NCBI GenBank assembly: GCA_030295235.1
Contig: AP026128.1
Location: forward strand, 806,001-870,000
Direction: 5' to 3'
DNA from: Fistulifera solaris
Taxonomy: Eukaryota
Length of the DNA: 64,000 bases
A program made the translations under genes and the position numbers. Shown here piece by piece: positions 35,722 to 47,426 of the stretch. Every line of letters starts with the position of its first letter. The first letter of the stretch is position 1. The notes under the pieces are model-generated. The model was not told the origin of the DNA and did not search any database. It saw only the letters and a list, made by a program, of their open reading frames with translations.

Positions 35722-36696
35722 ATGAATGACTCGTTTGTGACAACCGTCTCGGCTGAATCCATGTCCGTGGAAGATGTCACAAAATATGGGAAAGGCGGCG
35801 CTCATTCTCTTTCTGATATTTTGAAAAATGGCCTCAGTGATTCCAGTTTAGACTTGTTTGCTTCTTCTTTCAGTGATATTCGGAATGAAGGAGGTCCCAA
35901 AGGCTTGATGCCGCACCGTGAACAGTGTACAGCAAAAAAGCACTCGAGCAAAGAAGCCAACGGAAGTTTAAGTGAATTATTCGATTCTTCGGATTCATGG
36001 GATCTGGAAGAGTTTCGTTTGTCTTCACTTTTCACACCAAAACAAAACGACTCACCTCGCAAGTCGCGCAGACGTACTGCACGAGTTCGTCCGCACCCTC
36101 CGTTGGACATGGTCAAAAACGGGGCTTCGCCTCCATCGCCGAGCAAGAAAAGTCTTGGAAGTTATTTAGAGAAATCCAGAGAAGTCACGTCAAAGCCAAA
36201 AGTTAAAGGAGACGAAAGGGCGGCAAAAGGAGCTCGTTGCAGTTATCTGGTGAAGATGCATCTCGATGGTACCGAGTCGAAACCTGTTAAAAATGACGCA
36301 CCACCTAGAGGAGCAAGGCGGCAACCCTCCGTAACTAGCCAGTTCATGGATTCTTGGCAGAGCAAGTCATCTGATTCCTGCAATTCAAGCCGAAAGAATC
36401 TCTTGTATCCCTACCTTCAAGCGGAAAGCAGCAAAGGCTCCAACCACTGCGACGCGAGCGTTGTTTCCGAAGTCTCAGGTTTAACTTGGTGCAGTGGAAC
36501 TTCTTCGTTGACTATGAGCGAGGATGATAGTACATTTCCAACCTTTGACGGGAAGACTCCTCTTGGTAAGGAGACTTGCATTCACCACTCGATTGATGAA
36601 TCATTACAGGGGAGCTTCAATTTTATCGAAGACGCGACGCCAAAACGACCTGCTCGACGTCGAACTCCAAGTCCTTCTCGGCGACAAACGAAGTAG
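35722..36696 (+). CDS. Hypothetical Ser-rich, likely disordered protein
   Basis: 324-aa ATG-initiated ORF with a C-terminal P.RP.RR.TP motif common in diatom low-complexity proteins. Confidence 0.6.
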   Translation: MNDSFVTTVSAESMSVEDVTKYGKGGAHSLSDILKNGLSDSSLDLFASSFSDIRNEGGPKGLMPHREQCTAKKHSSKEANGSLSELFDSSDSWDLEEFRLSSLFTPKQNDSPRKSRRRTARVRPHPPLDMVKNGASPPSPSKKSLGSYLEKSREVTSKPKVKGDERAAKGARCSYLVKMHLDGTESKPVKNDAPPRGARRQPSVTSQFMDSWQSKSSDSCNSSRKNLLYPYLQAESSKGSNHCDASVVSEVSGLTWCSGTSSLTMSEDDSTFPTFDGKTPLGKETCIHHSIDESLQGSFNFIEDATPKRPARRRTPSPSRRQTK

Positions 36697-37086
36697 TCCA
36701 TTCGGATCGATGTTATCTGTTGACATCACAACAAACATATGCTATTTTCACAATAAATTATACAGAGTAAACACCATAGCTTGCTGCTCGGAGTCTTGCG
36801 TTGTCGTACTTTCTTAGGTGAAAAATGGAATGCGCGACTGCACAGAGACACAACTGTACTACCTGGTACACAGGAGCGAAACTGGTGCGACGCTCGGCAA
36901 ACGGACATGTTTTGCAAGTATGACCTTTCAAAGGTGCGTGACCGATGCAAACCTCGGAGTTACTTTTTATCGCGTCTGTTTCGTCTTAGAAGAAACTAAA
37001 TAAAATTAGAGCTGTTTATCATTGCAAATAATCAACAAACAAGTAGTCGGGCGATACTTTTTTATGACTTGAAGGGCGAAGAGACG

Positions 37087-38858
37087 ATGCATGCTGGATC
37101 AGCTCGCGAGCAAGCCATCAATGCGGCTCGTAGAGCGACAATGTTGAAGACTACTTTTGCCTCCATTCGACATTTACTAGATGGAGATGAATTCATGTCC
37201 AATCAAAAGGACGACAGCTTTCCTTTTTCTTCTGCGACAGCGGAGCAGAGCGACGATCCGTTCAAGTTCATCGATCAAGCATTTCCGACACAAGAGCTAC
37301 CGTCCTTCCAAGAAAATGGAGACGAAGATAATTCGATCAACGATTTTAGTGATCCATTCCATACGGATGAGTTTTACACCAGCTTTCCTGCCTTCAATCC
37401 ACAGAGCTCGGTCATGACGACGGATCTGTCAATAAATGATTCAAAAGGGATAGTTTCGACGGACGAAGATGAGTTCGGCTTTGGAGAAGCAGACTTTGAG
37501 AACAATTTCTGGAATGAAGGAGCGAATCGCTCAAACGGAAGCAGTAATGATGGATCTTCGAAAGACGGTCTATCCCGTAGGCTGAACTCTTCAACTCGAT
37601 CGCGGCGAAAACATGACAAAAACTCAGAATTTGACAACGTTTCGGCAACTGAAGTCACGGAAACATCGAATGGTAGTAGCATGAAACGTTCAACCAGTTC
37701 GGGGAGCAGTCAGCGAAGAACAGGAAGATCAAAAGTTAGCGTAGAAGCAGAAACACCATCGCCGATGAGTTCGCAGGGTGATGATAACATTCTGACGAGT
37801 CCTCGTGTAGCTGCTCGAAGACGGAAGTCGAAGTCTGGCAATGAATTCTTGTCACCCAGGAAAGCAGACACTCGCCTAACAAAAGCTGATCTTGGACAGA
37901 ATAAAAGTAGAAAAACCCCCGAGACGACTCCCCTTACAAACAATCCAGAGCCAATCGATCTCTTGAAAGCTTTGGCCCTCGAACTGACGCAGAAATCAAA
38001 CGATGGCGAGGGTGTAGATGTAGCAGTCTTGACAGATCGTATTGTGACGCGTGTAAAGGAACTGCAATCCGCACGTCCAAGTAAGGAACCAGGAACGAGA
38101 CGGAGTAGATCACGGGGACGTATGGAAAGGTTCGACAAGCAACCGAATGAGGAGAAGATAAGTGCTAGCTCCAAGGAAAAACAGGCGACGCGATCGAGAT
38201 CCAGATCAAGACCTCGAATGAAAGCCTCGTTGGTATCGCCCACTTCGGATACGAAGCCGGTATCGAAGTCAATGAACAAGACTTTGGATCGATTGTCCTC
38301 GAAAGTTGCATTAGACGAAAAGAACCACCATCGAGGACGGTATCTAGAAACAGCAAGGGCTCGCATTCTTCTCAGTGGGAGAACCTTTTGAACGAAAGTA
38401 CTGTCCCGATGGCGAAAGTGAAAAAGTCAAAATCCAGCCAAGACGCTCCTCGTTCCCCGCCTGCTGAATTACTGAACGAAATAAAGTCGCCAAAGGCAAA
38501 ATCAAAAAAGTCAAAAGAAAACTTAGAAGCACCGCGATCTCCGCCTGCGGCATTATTGAATGAGATCAAGTCAACGAAAGCTAAAGTCAAAAAGACAAAA
38601 GTGAACCTAGATGGGCCTTGTTCGCCGCCCGCTGAATTGCTGAATGAAATCAAGTCACCAAAGGCTAAAACGAAAAAGATCAAAGACGCACCTCGTTCGC
38701 CACCTGCCGTATTATTGGAGGAAATCAAGTCACCAAAGAAATCGCTGAAAAGCAAGTCGAAATCGAGGGATGCGATACCTAGCAATAGATCAGAGGACGA
38801 AATCATTGACGCGTTGGCAAAGCTGATCAATCGACAGCTGCTTGCTACCGATCAATAG
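37087..38858 (+). CDS. Hypothetical disordered protein with DPF motifs and four C-terminal PRSPPAxLLxEIKSPK repeats
   Basis: ORFs 37069-38391 and 38388-38858 join after correcting the A run at ~38318 (EPPSRTVSRNSKGSHSSQWENLLNES). Confidence 0.65.
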
Positions 38859-38927
38859 AGCCGTTCTTGAAAATAGGAACATCTGATTCACATATCAGAT
38901 TTCATGAACTTGTTTCGTTATGACTTT

Positions 38928-39962
38928 CTACCATATGCATACACACCTGACTTCAATGCTTTGTCGCGGCGTCTTGTCCGCGAGTCCCTTCGGCTCAAGA
39001 AAAGCAGAATGGAGGCAACACGTTGAACAGACTTTTTCCATATCTGGCTTGCTTTGCGCCAGACCACCAGCTGAGTCCCATTGTTTCAGGATCAAAACCT
39101 CGTCATGAGTCATTTGCGGAAAATACACCCAACGATGTGACTCCGAAAAGCATGGAAGTATATTTTCTCCGACACGGTCTTTATAATGAATGTGCAGCGT
39201 CCTCCAGTCTTCGGAAAAGACGGTTTGCGCATCAATACAAGCCAGAGGATTTGTTTCGACTGGATTGTCTCTGTCGATATTTCTCCATATATTAATAATA
39301 GCATAACGCCGGCTCTTTGTAGAAACTGCACTTTCTACCAAGCTTTCTTCCAAAACTGCACCCTCGTCGCGGACATCGTTGCTACTCGCAGATTTACTTG
39401 CTAGTCCTAATAAGCGACGTGGTGCTGATACAGCCGTATAATCTCCATGGACGACACCCAGTGGTTGCTGAACGGTTGCACCCTTTCCGTTCGCAAGTTT
39501 CTCTGCATTCGAACCGGAGATCCGTACATTGTGATCGAACGCCGCAACCACAGAGCAGCCGGTGATGTTCTTCAAAAGGGCTTCGCACAACGGATAGTAT
39601 CGCTCTTTTACGTCTTTACTGTCCTTGAAGTCGATAGAATTATCCGGAAGAACATTTTGGTAAAGCGCAAACGCCTGCTTCTCGAGAGTTGGTCGCTGCA
39701 ACCGACCGTTTTGTATCCACACTTCGTAGCCTTGCCATTCCACATTTTGAAAACCCTCATCCGCTCCCGATGTGTCGCGATAAATGTGCGCAATTTGTGT
39801 CTCGGGTGTCACATACTGCATCACCGCAGGTATACGTTCGAGGAGAGACGAATCGTGCTCGGCAAAGACAGGCCTTGCTTGAGATCGCTGCATCACCGGA
39901 TATCCTTTCGCACAGCATAGCAGAGAAGGAAATAGGATATACTTTATTATAACTACACTCAT
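38928..39962 (-). CDS. CmcJ/AsaB/NvfI-like oxidoreductase (methoxylase/hydroxylase family)
   Basis: AFDHNVR, VHGDYT, RYAIINIWRNI, PLACIDA, HRWVYFPQMTHDEVLILKQWDS, HSAF, RQSIEVRC. Confidence 0.8.
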   Translation of the reverse strand: MSVVIIKYILFPSLLCCAKGYPVMQRSQARPVFAEHDSSLLERIPAVMQYVTPETQIAHIYRDTSGADEGFQNVEWQGYEVWIQNGRLQRPTLEKQAFALYQNVLPDNSIDFKDSKDVKERYYPLCEALLKNITGCSVVAAFDHNVRISGSNAEKLANGKGATVQQPLGVVHGDYTAVSAPRRLLGLASKSASSNDVRDEGAVLEESLVESAVSTKSRRYAIINIWRNIDRDNPVETNPLACIDAQTVFSEDWRTLHIHYKDRVGENILPCFSESHRWVYFPQMTHDEVLILKQWDSAGGLAQSKPDMEKVCSTCCLHSAFLEPKGLADKTPRQSIEVRCVCIW

Positions 39963-40034
39963 GATCTAGTAAAGAAACGGCGTAATACTGTGCTATTTTG
40001 TTGCTGAACGTCGGAATGAATGAGGCTAACAACT

Positions 40035-40360
40035 TTTTCCTTACAATCCCCTTGCAAAATTTTACGGATTTTACATAACAAAACGGCACGGACTGGATTT
40101 AACAATCTGAAACCATTTCTCGACAGTGATGTGATGTGGGGGATATCCATAAACGGAAACTGAAAATGCTAAACCTGTTAAGGTTATTTGCTTAAAAAGT
40201 TGCATAACCTTAATAATTTTGATCAAAGTCAGTTTCCGGTTATGGATATCCCCCTACACATCACATCACTGTCGAGAAATGGTTTCAGATTGTTAAATCC
40301 AGTCCGTGCCGTTTTGCTATGTAAAATCCGTAAAATTTTGCAAGGGGATTGTAAGGAAAA
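40035..40360. mobile_element. Foldback/MITE-like long inverted repeat
   Basis: Arms 40035-40163 and 40229-40360 are near-perfect reverse complements with few mismatches. Inner 10-bp inverted repeat TTAAGGTTAT/ATAACCTTAA. No clear TSD. Confidence 0.75.
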
Positions 40361-40439
40361 TATTTTCATGATCGCGTTGTTGATGCATTGCTCTGGTTTG
40401 ATGTTTGATGTGGCGCATTAGATCTAGACTTTACGAGAA

Positions 40440-42044
40440 ATGATTCATTTGGACTTTTTCCTCCTTCGTTATCTGCAAGTCTATGTCTTTCTACCTGCAG
40501 CCTTGCTAGTATTGATTCTCGTAGCTTATGATGTGCTATCGTTTCACACCTTTCAAGAATGGCACTCTCGAGGTGGCGTTTATTGGCTATGCACAAAGTC
40601 GCTCGTCTTCTTTGATCGGTTGGCAGACATATGCCTGATATCCAGAATAGAAAATGATACTGAGTGGCGCTGTTTGTGGTATCGTGTCCACATCGCTCAT
40701 GCGGAAGCCGATTTACCAAAAGGACGAAATGTGGCCAGCAATCAACGAGGAGTCGAATGGCGACAAATAAATGACGCAATCTACTGTGGGAACTTAAATA
40801 ATCATATTCTGGAACTGAATCAATTACTTTGGACGATCGCCAAATGCTGCTTAATCAGGTTACAAGAAACGCCACAATTCTTACATGAAGATTACCCCCA
40901 GCCGCGATGCGTTCTACATGCCTTTTTATTACATTGTACCCCACTGCTACTGAAAATTGATCAGCAATCAGAACTCTTTCTGTGCCAGCGACTGGAATCC
41001 TTATTAATTCTTCTCGGTGTCGCACAAATTCATTCTTCGGGGCTTTACTCGGTGCGAAGGTTTCTCAGGCAAAATACTTTGCCTCAGGATATCGATTACC
41101 CGACATCAAGGTCAACGTGGAGATTCAATTTATGGGCATCCCTTATGACAAAGCACCGTCAACAACTCGCTCCCATGTTTTTTCCATCTATCTCTGTACA
41201 TCTGGTGTTGCACCCTTCGTTGCCAATGGAGTTGTTGTCAAGCAATGACGTGGTGGCTTCGTACATCATAGAAAGCAAAACTCTGCTCGAAGCAAGTCAA
41301 CAGTTTGTAAGATATCTGTTTGATGCTTTGGCTTTAGTACACGCGCCAAAGAAAGCATTGTCTAGCTTGAAGAAGTTTGAAGAGGCAATTCTGGCCACTT
41401 TGCCGCGACCGTCTGGTGAGATCCCCACTTTGTGTGACGAGGGTAATACTCATCATTGCAAATCGATTAGCAGTATCAAGCAGCTGCCCAACTTAGATTT
41501 CGTAGAGACACAAGGACTCCTTGGTTCCGCATATCTTTGGCTTGGAGCCCATGAGAAAGGGCTACATCGCATCAAGGTTGTTTGTGAAATGCTAAATGAG
41601 TCCTTGTCGAAAACAATACAAGAAATTTCGTATTCACTTCGCTCTCTGGCACTAGTAGCATGGGCTCGCAACAATGTCGAAAAGCATGGGGCCCAAGAAC
41701 AGAACCATGACTCTGCAAAACCTGACACTTTGAAACTAATAGGAGAGGAGCTTTTCTCTCTCCACTTAGAACTGAAAATGAGCCCGACGGAAGGTAAACT
41801 ACTTGAAGCTGCAGCCCCGCTGTCTGGTGCGTTGTCTAGATGGCAAAGACGATTTGCCGAATATAGCCAACCTCCTTGTTGGACGAAATGCAAAGATGAA
41901 TTGATGTCTCTTATCCGCGTTTCTCGCATCGGTCTTGACGCCTTTGACTCACTTTCAAAGCACTTCTTCGCCGACTCGGTAATCAAGCATGCGCGATCAA
42001 ATTACGCCAGGATTTACTCTACGTTATCCGAAACATTCCTCTGA
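40440..42044 (+). CDS. Hypothetical protein with N-terminal TM segment
   Basis: 534-aa ATG-initiated ORF, hydrophobic N-terminus, no recognised domain. Confidence 0.6.
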   Translation: MIHLDFFLLRYLQVYVFLPAALLVLILVAYDVLSFHTFQEWHSRGGVYWLCTKSLVFFDRLADICLISRIENDTEWRCLWYRVHIAHAEADLPKGRNVASNQRGVEWRQINDAIYCGNLNNHILELNQLLWTIAKCCLIRLQETPQFLHEDYPQPRCVLHAFLLHCTPLLLKIDQQSELFLCQRLESLLILLGVAQIHSSGLYSVRRFLRQNTLPQDIDYPTSRSTWRFNLWASLMTKHRQQLAPMFFPSISVHLVLHPSLPMELLSSNDVVASYIIESKTLLEASQQFVRYLFDALALVHAPKKALSSLKKFEEAILATLPRPSGEIPTLCDEGNTHHCKSISSIKQLPNLDFVETQGLLGSAYLWLGAHEKGLHRIKVVCEMLNESLSKTIQEISYSLRSLALVAWARNNVEKHGAQEQNHDSAKPDTLKLIGEELFSLHLELKMSPTEGKLLEAAAPLSGALSRWQRRFAEYSQPPCWTKCKDELMSLIRVSRIGLDAFDSLSKHFFADSVIKHARSNYARIYSTLSETFL

Positions 42045-42065
42045 AAAGCTACCAGTGTTGAAATA

Positions 42066-44153
42066 TCACACTTTCATATGTTGCGGTGCGCGAACGGCTA
42101 TTCGAACTTGAGGGTGGGCAAGGGCAAACGCTCGAAGTCTCTGCATATCTAGGCCAGTCTCCCAGCTGCATGATATCAAAGACTTGCCATTGAGCAAACC
42201 AGCATCAAACATCTCCGTGAATAGGCACTCGTCGCTTATTCTGTCCAACCGGAGACTGGAATCTGTTTTTCGCTCGCTGTGCTTGAAATCTTCTGTAGCT
42301 TCGCCTTCGACAATCGTGTTTGTCCCTATTGTTGCATTAGCTGTTGTTACCAATAAGTACTCTTCGAGTTGAACCAAAACATTGTTAGCGCACAGCCATA
42401 CTACCATCTCAAAAGAAGATCTTCAACGGGGTTGAGGTCGTTGTTTCCGGTGTCTCTTCGAAAATTGCACGTGCTTCTTTTATTTACCATCGTGAGTGCG
42501 CTTGCCTCTAGTTTTTCTCGAATCCAAGAGTCATCAGGTGACGTTCTCCAGGCAGTCATGGCATTTCCAAAAGTCCGGTTATTCTTCGTTAAATAAGCAA
42601 GTAAATGATGCACTTGTAAATTATCACCAAATATCTGGGCGAAAGCTAGCGATATCTTAGGAATAATACTGACAGGTCGGCAAGCTAAGCGGCTACTCGG
42701 CAAGAGAACGCCTGATGCTACGCAAGCTCCCTGCTCGATCAGATAATTAGCCAAGTCCAGTGTTGATTGCAGTGGGATATTTGCTTCGAGTGCAGCATCC
42801 GTCAAAGACTTCTGAGGATGAATGACTTGAAGAAGGAGGTGAAGGGTTCGAGGCGGGCCCGATGATGATAAGGAAAGAGCCTCGAGAAGTTCCTCAGCAG
42901 ATGCATGTGGGAATAAAATCGTGTGATACGGCAATACGTTCGACCTGGAATCAAGATTCGTTGAACCATGTACCACATCAAGTGACGATACCGCTTCAAT
43001 GAAAGTCGCCAAATGTCGATTAATAAAAACAATTCCCCTTCGACCTGAAATTAATGCAGCCGGAGTAGCGGGAAAGCTAATGTCGTTTCTGCCGAGCGCA
43101 TGGAACACTTGAACCAGCTCACGAGCAAGGTTTCCATGATAATATTGTTTTGTTGTGTTATCGTCCGTGTCGCTACCTGCACGCGCATACGTTTCAGCCA
43201 TGATGATGTCAAGATATTCTTGTTGAAATTCCTCGGAATTTTGAAAAGCCGAGTTCCCACCTGCCCCTGACCCTTCGCTAGACATATTCGTAGAGCGTTC
43301 AATGTAGGAAGACGACCGGTGACGACGGTGACCTTTGGATGCAACTGAAACTGGGCTGTTTGTAGTTGACGAAGCGGTGGAAATAGCAGCCCCACATCAT
43401 CACTCGATGGGCGAGCTCTGAGCCACTTGCTCTTCAAATCCTGTCGTGTCAGATGAAACTGATGTGTTTGCGACGAGACGTACTTGCAGCGCCTCTCCTC
43501 TCGTTCGAGAACACGACAGAGGCGTGCCAACGACAAATGAACTCTTCGAACCGATAACAAAGTTTGCGATGTATTTCGGCTATTCCCCGTTCCAGAGTTA
43601 TTTATTGCAGGACGCGTCCCAGCGGATTGTGTAAGACTATCTTCGTACCAGCCAGTGATAGGAACGCAAGAGCTCGGTCGTTTCGAAGCCAAAGCAACGA
43701 TGACGCTGAACAGAATGAGATCATTGTTGGATGATGCTGCAGGCGAAGAGGACTCGTTCGCTTGACCCTTTTCTGCTGGTGTAGTTCCGTTTTCTTGCGA
43801 GCTCTCATCCATTAACGTAGCGAAACAACAAAAGAAAGTACTTCCGACAGAAAGGGTCATTGGTTTTCCGCACAGAGCAGGCTTCGGTCGGAATAATTTC
43901 GCCATTTGACGAGGGGGTAGTTTAAAGAATAGATCTTCGACACCTTCCGAAAGCGGGGACGTGGGGTAACGTAAAACCCTGCAAGCGAGGAGAGAAAGAG
44001 ATAGTTCAGCGAATAAAGATGATTGATGTGGTCGTTATTGGCGTCCCAGTTTCCTTACATGCTTGCTCCTTTACCGACTCTGTCCACCACGAAAGCGATG
44101 CCGATGGCATGGAAAGAAGACTCCGCGTCGAGAGTCTCGGAATCATGCTTCAT
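42066..44153 (-). CDS. NPRL3: GATOR1 subunit NPRL3/NPR3-like
   Basis: N-terminal IGIAFVVD...VLRYP, MAKLFRPKPALCGKPMTL, LEREERRCKYVS, GNLARELVQVFHAL, LPYHTILF, SLTDAA. One intron near the 5' end and frameshifts at ~43370 and ~42410. Confidence 0.75.
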
Positions 44154-44609
44154 CGAATGAGACGAAGCTTCCTGTGATAGCATCTAATGTGTGACTACTT
44201 TCTTGGAAAAATAATTGATCCTTCCTCAGAGAACAATAGTCTCGTCTACCTTGACATAGACTACTGATCTTTGATCTTTTTTCTTTTGTCGCGTGTTGCT
44301 GTTTTTGTCCTCCGGGTCTTCAGGGACTAATAGCAAGCTTGCAAGTCACGAGCGTGAGGTCATACTCTTGCGAAGGTTCGGGTTGACGAATGACGTACGA
44401 AATTCGAGTCCCATTTCTCGTTGAGAATTATTTCAGTCCTGAGTTGGCAGCGTACCTTTTGCTAACAAAATCGTACGTTGAAGAACGGATCTCGCGATCC
44501 TCCCGATCTTCAAGGCAACGCGCAACCATCAAGGACGAATAGCGCGAAGCAAACGCCGCACGTTGTGATTTTACAATCTTGTCCCTCCTGTAAACTTATA
44601 CCCATCACC

Positions 44610-45292
44610 ATGAAGTTCTCTGCTCTTGTCTGCGCCCTTGCCGCTACTTCGGCTGCCGCCTTCGCTCCCTCCGTCAGCGAGGTAAGAATTGTGGCGGTCG
44701 CTCAATCGCTTTCTCGTCTTCCGGACTATTCTCGTCCGTAAACGGTCACTACTTGCACATACGACTCACATCGTTCCGCTGTTGCTTATGGTTCTATTTT
44801 ACATGATAGCGTGCTAGCACTAGCTTGAACTCGGTCGACCGCCGTGCTGCTTTCGGACAGATCGCCGGTGCCGCCGCTGCCGTTGCTGCTTTTCCTCAGC
44901 TTGCCAGCGCGGATGGTGCCGTCTCTGCCGCCACTGTGAACCGCGCCCGTGGTATCTACGGAGACCGCATTGCCGCTCTGAAATCCGCTGTTGAAAAGGG
45001 TGACCTTGATGCCATTGTTGCTGAAAAGAACGCCTTTGTTCTTTTCAACTCGGGTGCTTACCCCACGGCCAAGAGCAAGCAGCAGAAGAAAGCCGCCATT
45101 GAAGGAACCAACGCCATCTTCAAGGCTATCAAGGCTGGTGATAAGGCCGCTGTCAAGTCTGCCTACAACAGCTATGTTGCTGCCAACGATATCTCACCTC
45201 TTCCGGCCGTTGATGCCAACAAGGGACAGGGATACTCCGGTGACTTTGATTTCCGAGTTAGAACCAAGGCCGGTGCCATTTACGTTCGCTAA
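44610..45292 (+). CDS. psb31: Photosystem II extrinsic protein Psb31
   Basis: Presequence MKFSALVCALAATSAAAFAPS, twin-arginine DRRAAF lumen signal, mature start DGAVSAATV.RAR..YGDRIAALK..EKNAFVLFNSGAY. Intron 44682-44809. High-expression codon bias. Confidence 0.92.
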
Positions 45293-46038
45293 GATTTGAC
45301 AGTTTGGTTCGTGTGATAGCGCCTATTTCATTGTAGCGATCAAATGTTGTGAGTTGGACTAGCACGATCCTCCTGGGATACACACCTGATGAGTTTTCTA
45401 GAAATATTTTTTAAAGAAAACCTTTTCGTAGACTATTAGACGCCTCTTTAGACAGCGAATGACTTAGCAGACAATTCACTTGCGTAAGGTCACAGTTGTA
45501 CGATAGAATATTCTTGGAGAGATACGGAGCACGAATCAAGGCATTTGGGATAAAGCATCGTTTGCATTCAATGACTCACATTTCTTTCGTGTACAAGCGT
45601 GAATCGATTACAAAGTTCCTAGTAGGCTTAAATAAGGTCAATGACTATTGATCAGAACAAAGGATGGAATAGTCGAAGCTCAATTCCAAAACTGCTGGAT
45701 AAGCAATGATACATGATACGGCCCTTAGTTGCAACCCGCTACGACGTAAGGATGTATGATGAATAGATAGTTGCAGTGCCGGTAAGTCTTTCTATTTTTG
45801 TCACGGTCGGACGAACAAAGGACTAAAATGTTGCTCCGCGACTGATCCAACCATTTTGTGAAACATGTTATTTTCACATGAAAACTTCACAACCAACACT
45901 CGTTGCCGAATTCTTTCTCGCTGAAATCTGGTCGTATAAAGGTTGTTATTCTTGACAAAAGCTTCCTTATTCATTTGATATTATCGATTGAATGGTAATG
46001 GGTGAGCAAGTGAACCGCTTTGCTCAATACAATCAACA

Positions 46039-46824
46039 ATGAGACTCTTACAGAATCTTTGGAAGAATAATGATCCTTATCTTCACCCACCGCAACATCG
46101 GCACCAACAGTCGCATCCGACGGTCATCAGTCCAGGCTATCATGTAGGTCCCACCTACTCTCCGCCTCAGCATATGTATTCTCAGCAAAGAATGCCACCA
46201 GCTCCGCAGCAACAGTTACCGCAACAACACCAACAACAGCAGCCATATCCACCTCAACAATACGCCCACCAGACCCCTCAGAAGCCGCTTATGAAGCCAC
46301 CGCAGCCACCCCATCCTAATGTAGCACGAGTGACTACAACGGTCCGAGTTCCACCTCCACCTCGGATGAAACCAGAAGCGCGAGAAAATCTATCTGAGGA
46401 AACGACGTCTGCGTCGACGCGCGATGTGGTGAAGAAATTTATCGCTGACATATGGAATCGTGGTGAAGTCGATTTGATACCAGAAATCTGCAGTACAGGC
46501 TTGAGGTTCAACGGAAACACCGGTTTTGATCGGGTAGGACACGATGGGCTTGCGCGAATGGTGGGAACAATACGAGACGCTTTGGATGATTACCATTGTG
46601 AGATCCATAGCATGGTCGTAGAAAACAATAAGGCATTTTGCCGCTTGAGGTTCACCGGGAGACACACCGGTAGCTTACTCGGATACGAGCCAACGAACAA
46701 GATTGTTGCTTGGATGGGCGCCACTGAGTTTACATGCCAAAATGGTAAAATAGTGAAGGTATGGGAACTCGGTGACGTAAAAAGCTTGGAAGAGCAACTC
46801 AGCAATGACATCGTTGAGGATTGA
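46039..46824 (+). CDS. SnoaL-like ester cyclase (NTF2-fold) domain protein with P/Q-rich N-terminus
   Basis: VVKKFIADIWNRGEVDLIPEI, F.G.HTG.LLGY.PTNKIVAW.G...F...NGKI...W.LGD. Confidence 0.8.
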   Translation: MRLLQNLWKNNDPYLHPPQHRHQQSHPTVISPGYHVGPTYSPPQHMYSQQRMPPAPQQQLPQQHQQQQPYPPQQYAHQTPQKPLMKPPQPPHPNVARVTTTVRVPPPPRMKPEARENLSEETTSASTRDVVKKFIADIWNRGEVDLIPEICSTGLRFNGNTGFDRVGHDGLARMVGTIRDALDDYHCEIHSMVVENNKAFCRLRFTGRHTGSLLGYEPTNKIVAWMGATEFTCQNGKIVKVWELGDVKSLEEQLSNDIVED

Positions 46825-47426
46825 AAGCACTTTTATTGGACTGTTCGAGTTTTGAAGAGACGAAGCACCTGCCAGATTCTGGCTATTTAATGACTGCTCA
46901 GAAGTTGAGACTGGTCCTTGTCCAATATCACGCCCTTTTAATATCATCTACAACGATAACATCTTAACTACTACGTAATTCACAACTTACGAGTAGTTCT
47001 TGATCCACACGATTACTAAGTTTTCGTCTAAACTTTGTCGTGTCGATGGCTGCCAAAATTGTGGACAAAACATAGATGATTGATGATTAGGCGCTCCGCC
47101 AGTGAGCCCTACCCCTACTACTCTTTATGTGGTAGTAGTCCTTCGCATTATAGAACAGGCTCAAAAACGCCCATCATCAGAAAAGTCATTGATTTTTTGG
47201 GCCTGTTCTACGTACTGTTCTCTGCTAATTTTTCCTACTCAAAAAGCCCTTCGAACTTTTATACATTGCCATACAATTTTCTGCACCCATCTGCACCGAA
47301 AAATACGACCTGAACCAGTGTTTATTTATTCTAACTGTTGTCATTGAATGGATCGTGCAATCAAAGCTGTGAGCACCAAACAATCATTAACACGCGAATA
47401 TATACTAAAAAAGAGCTAGACTTACC

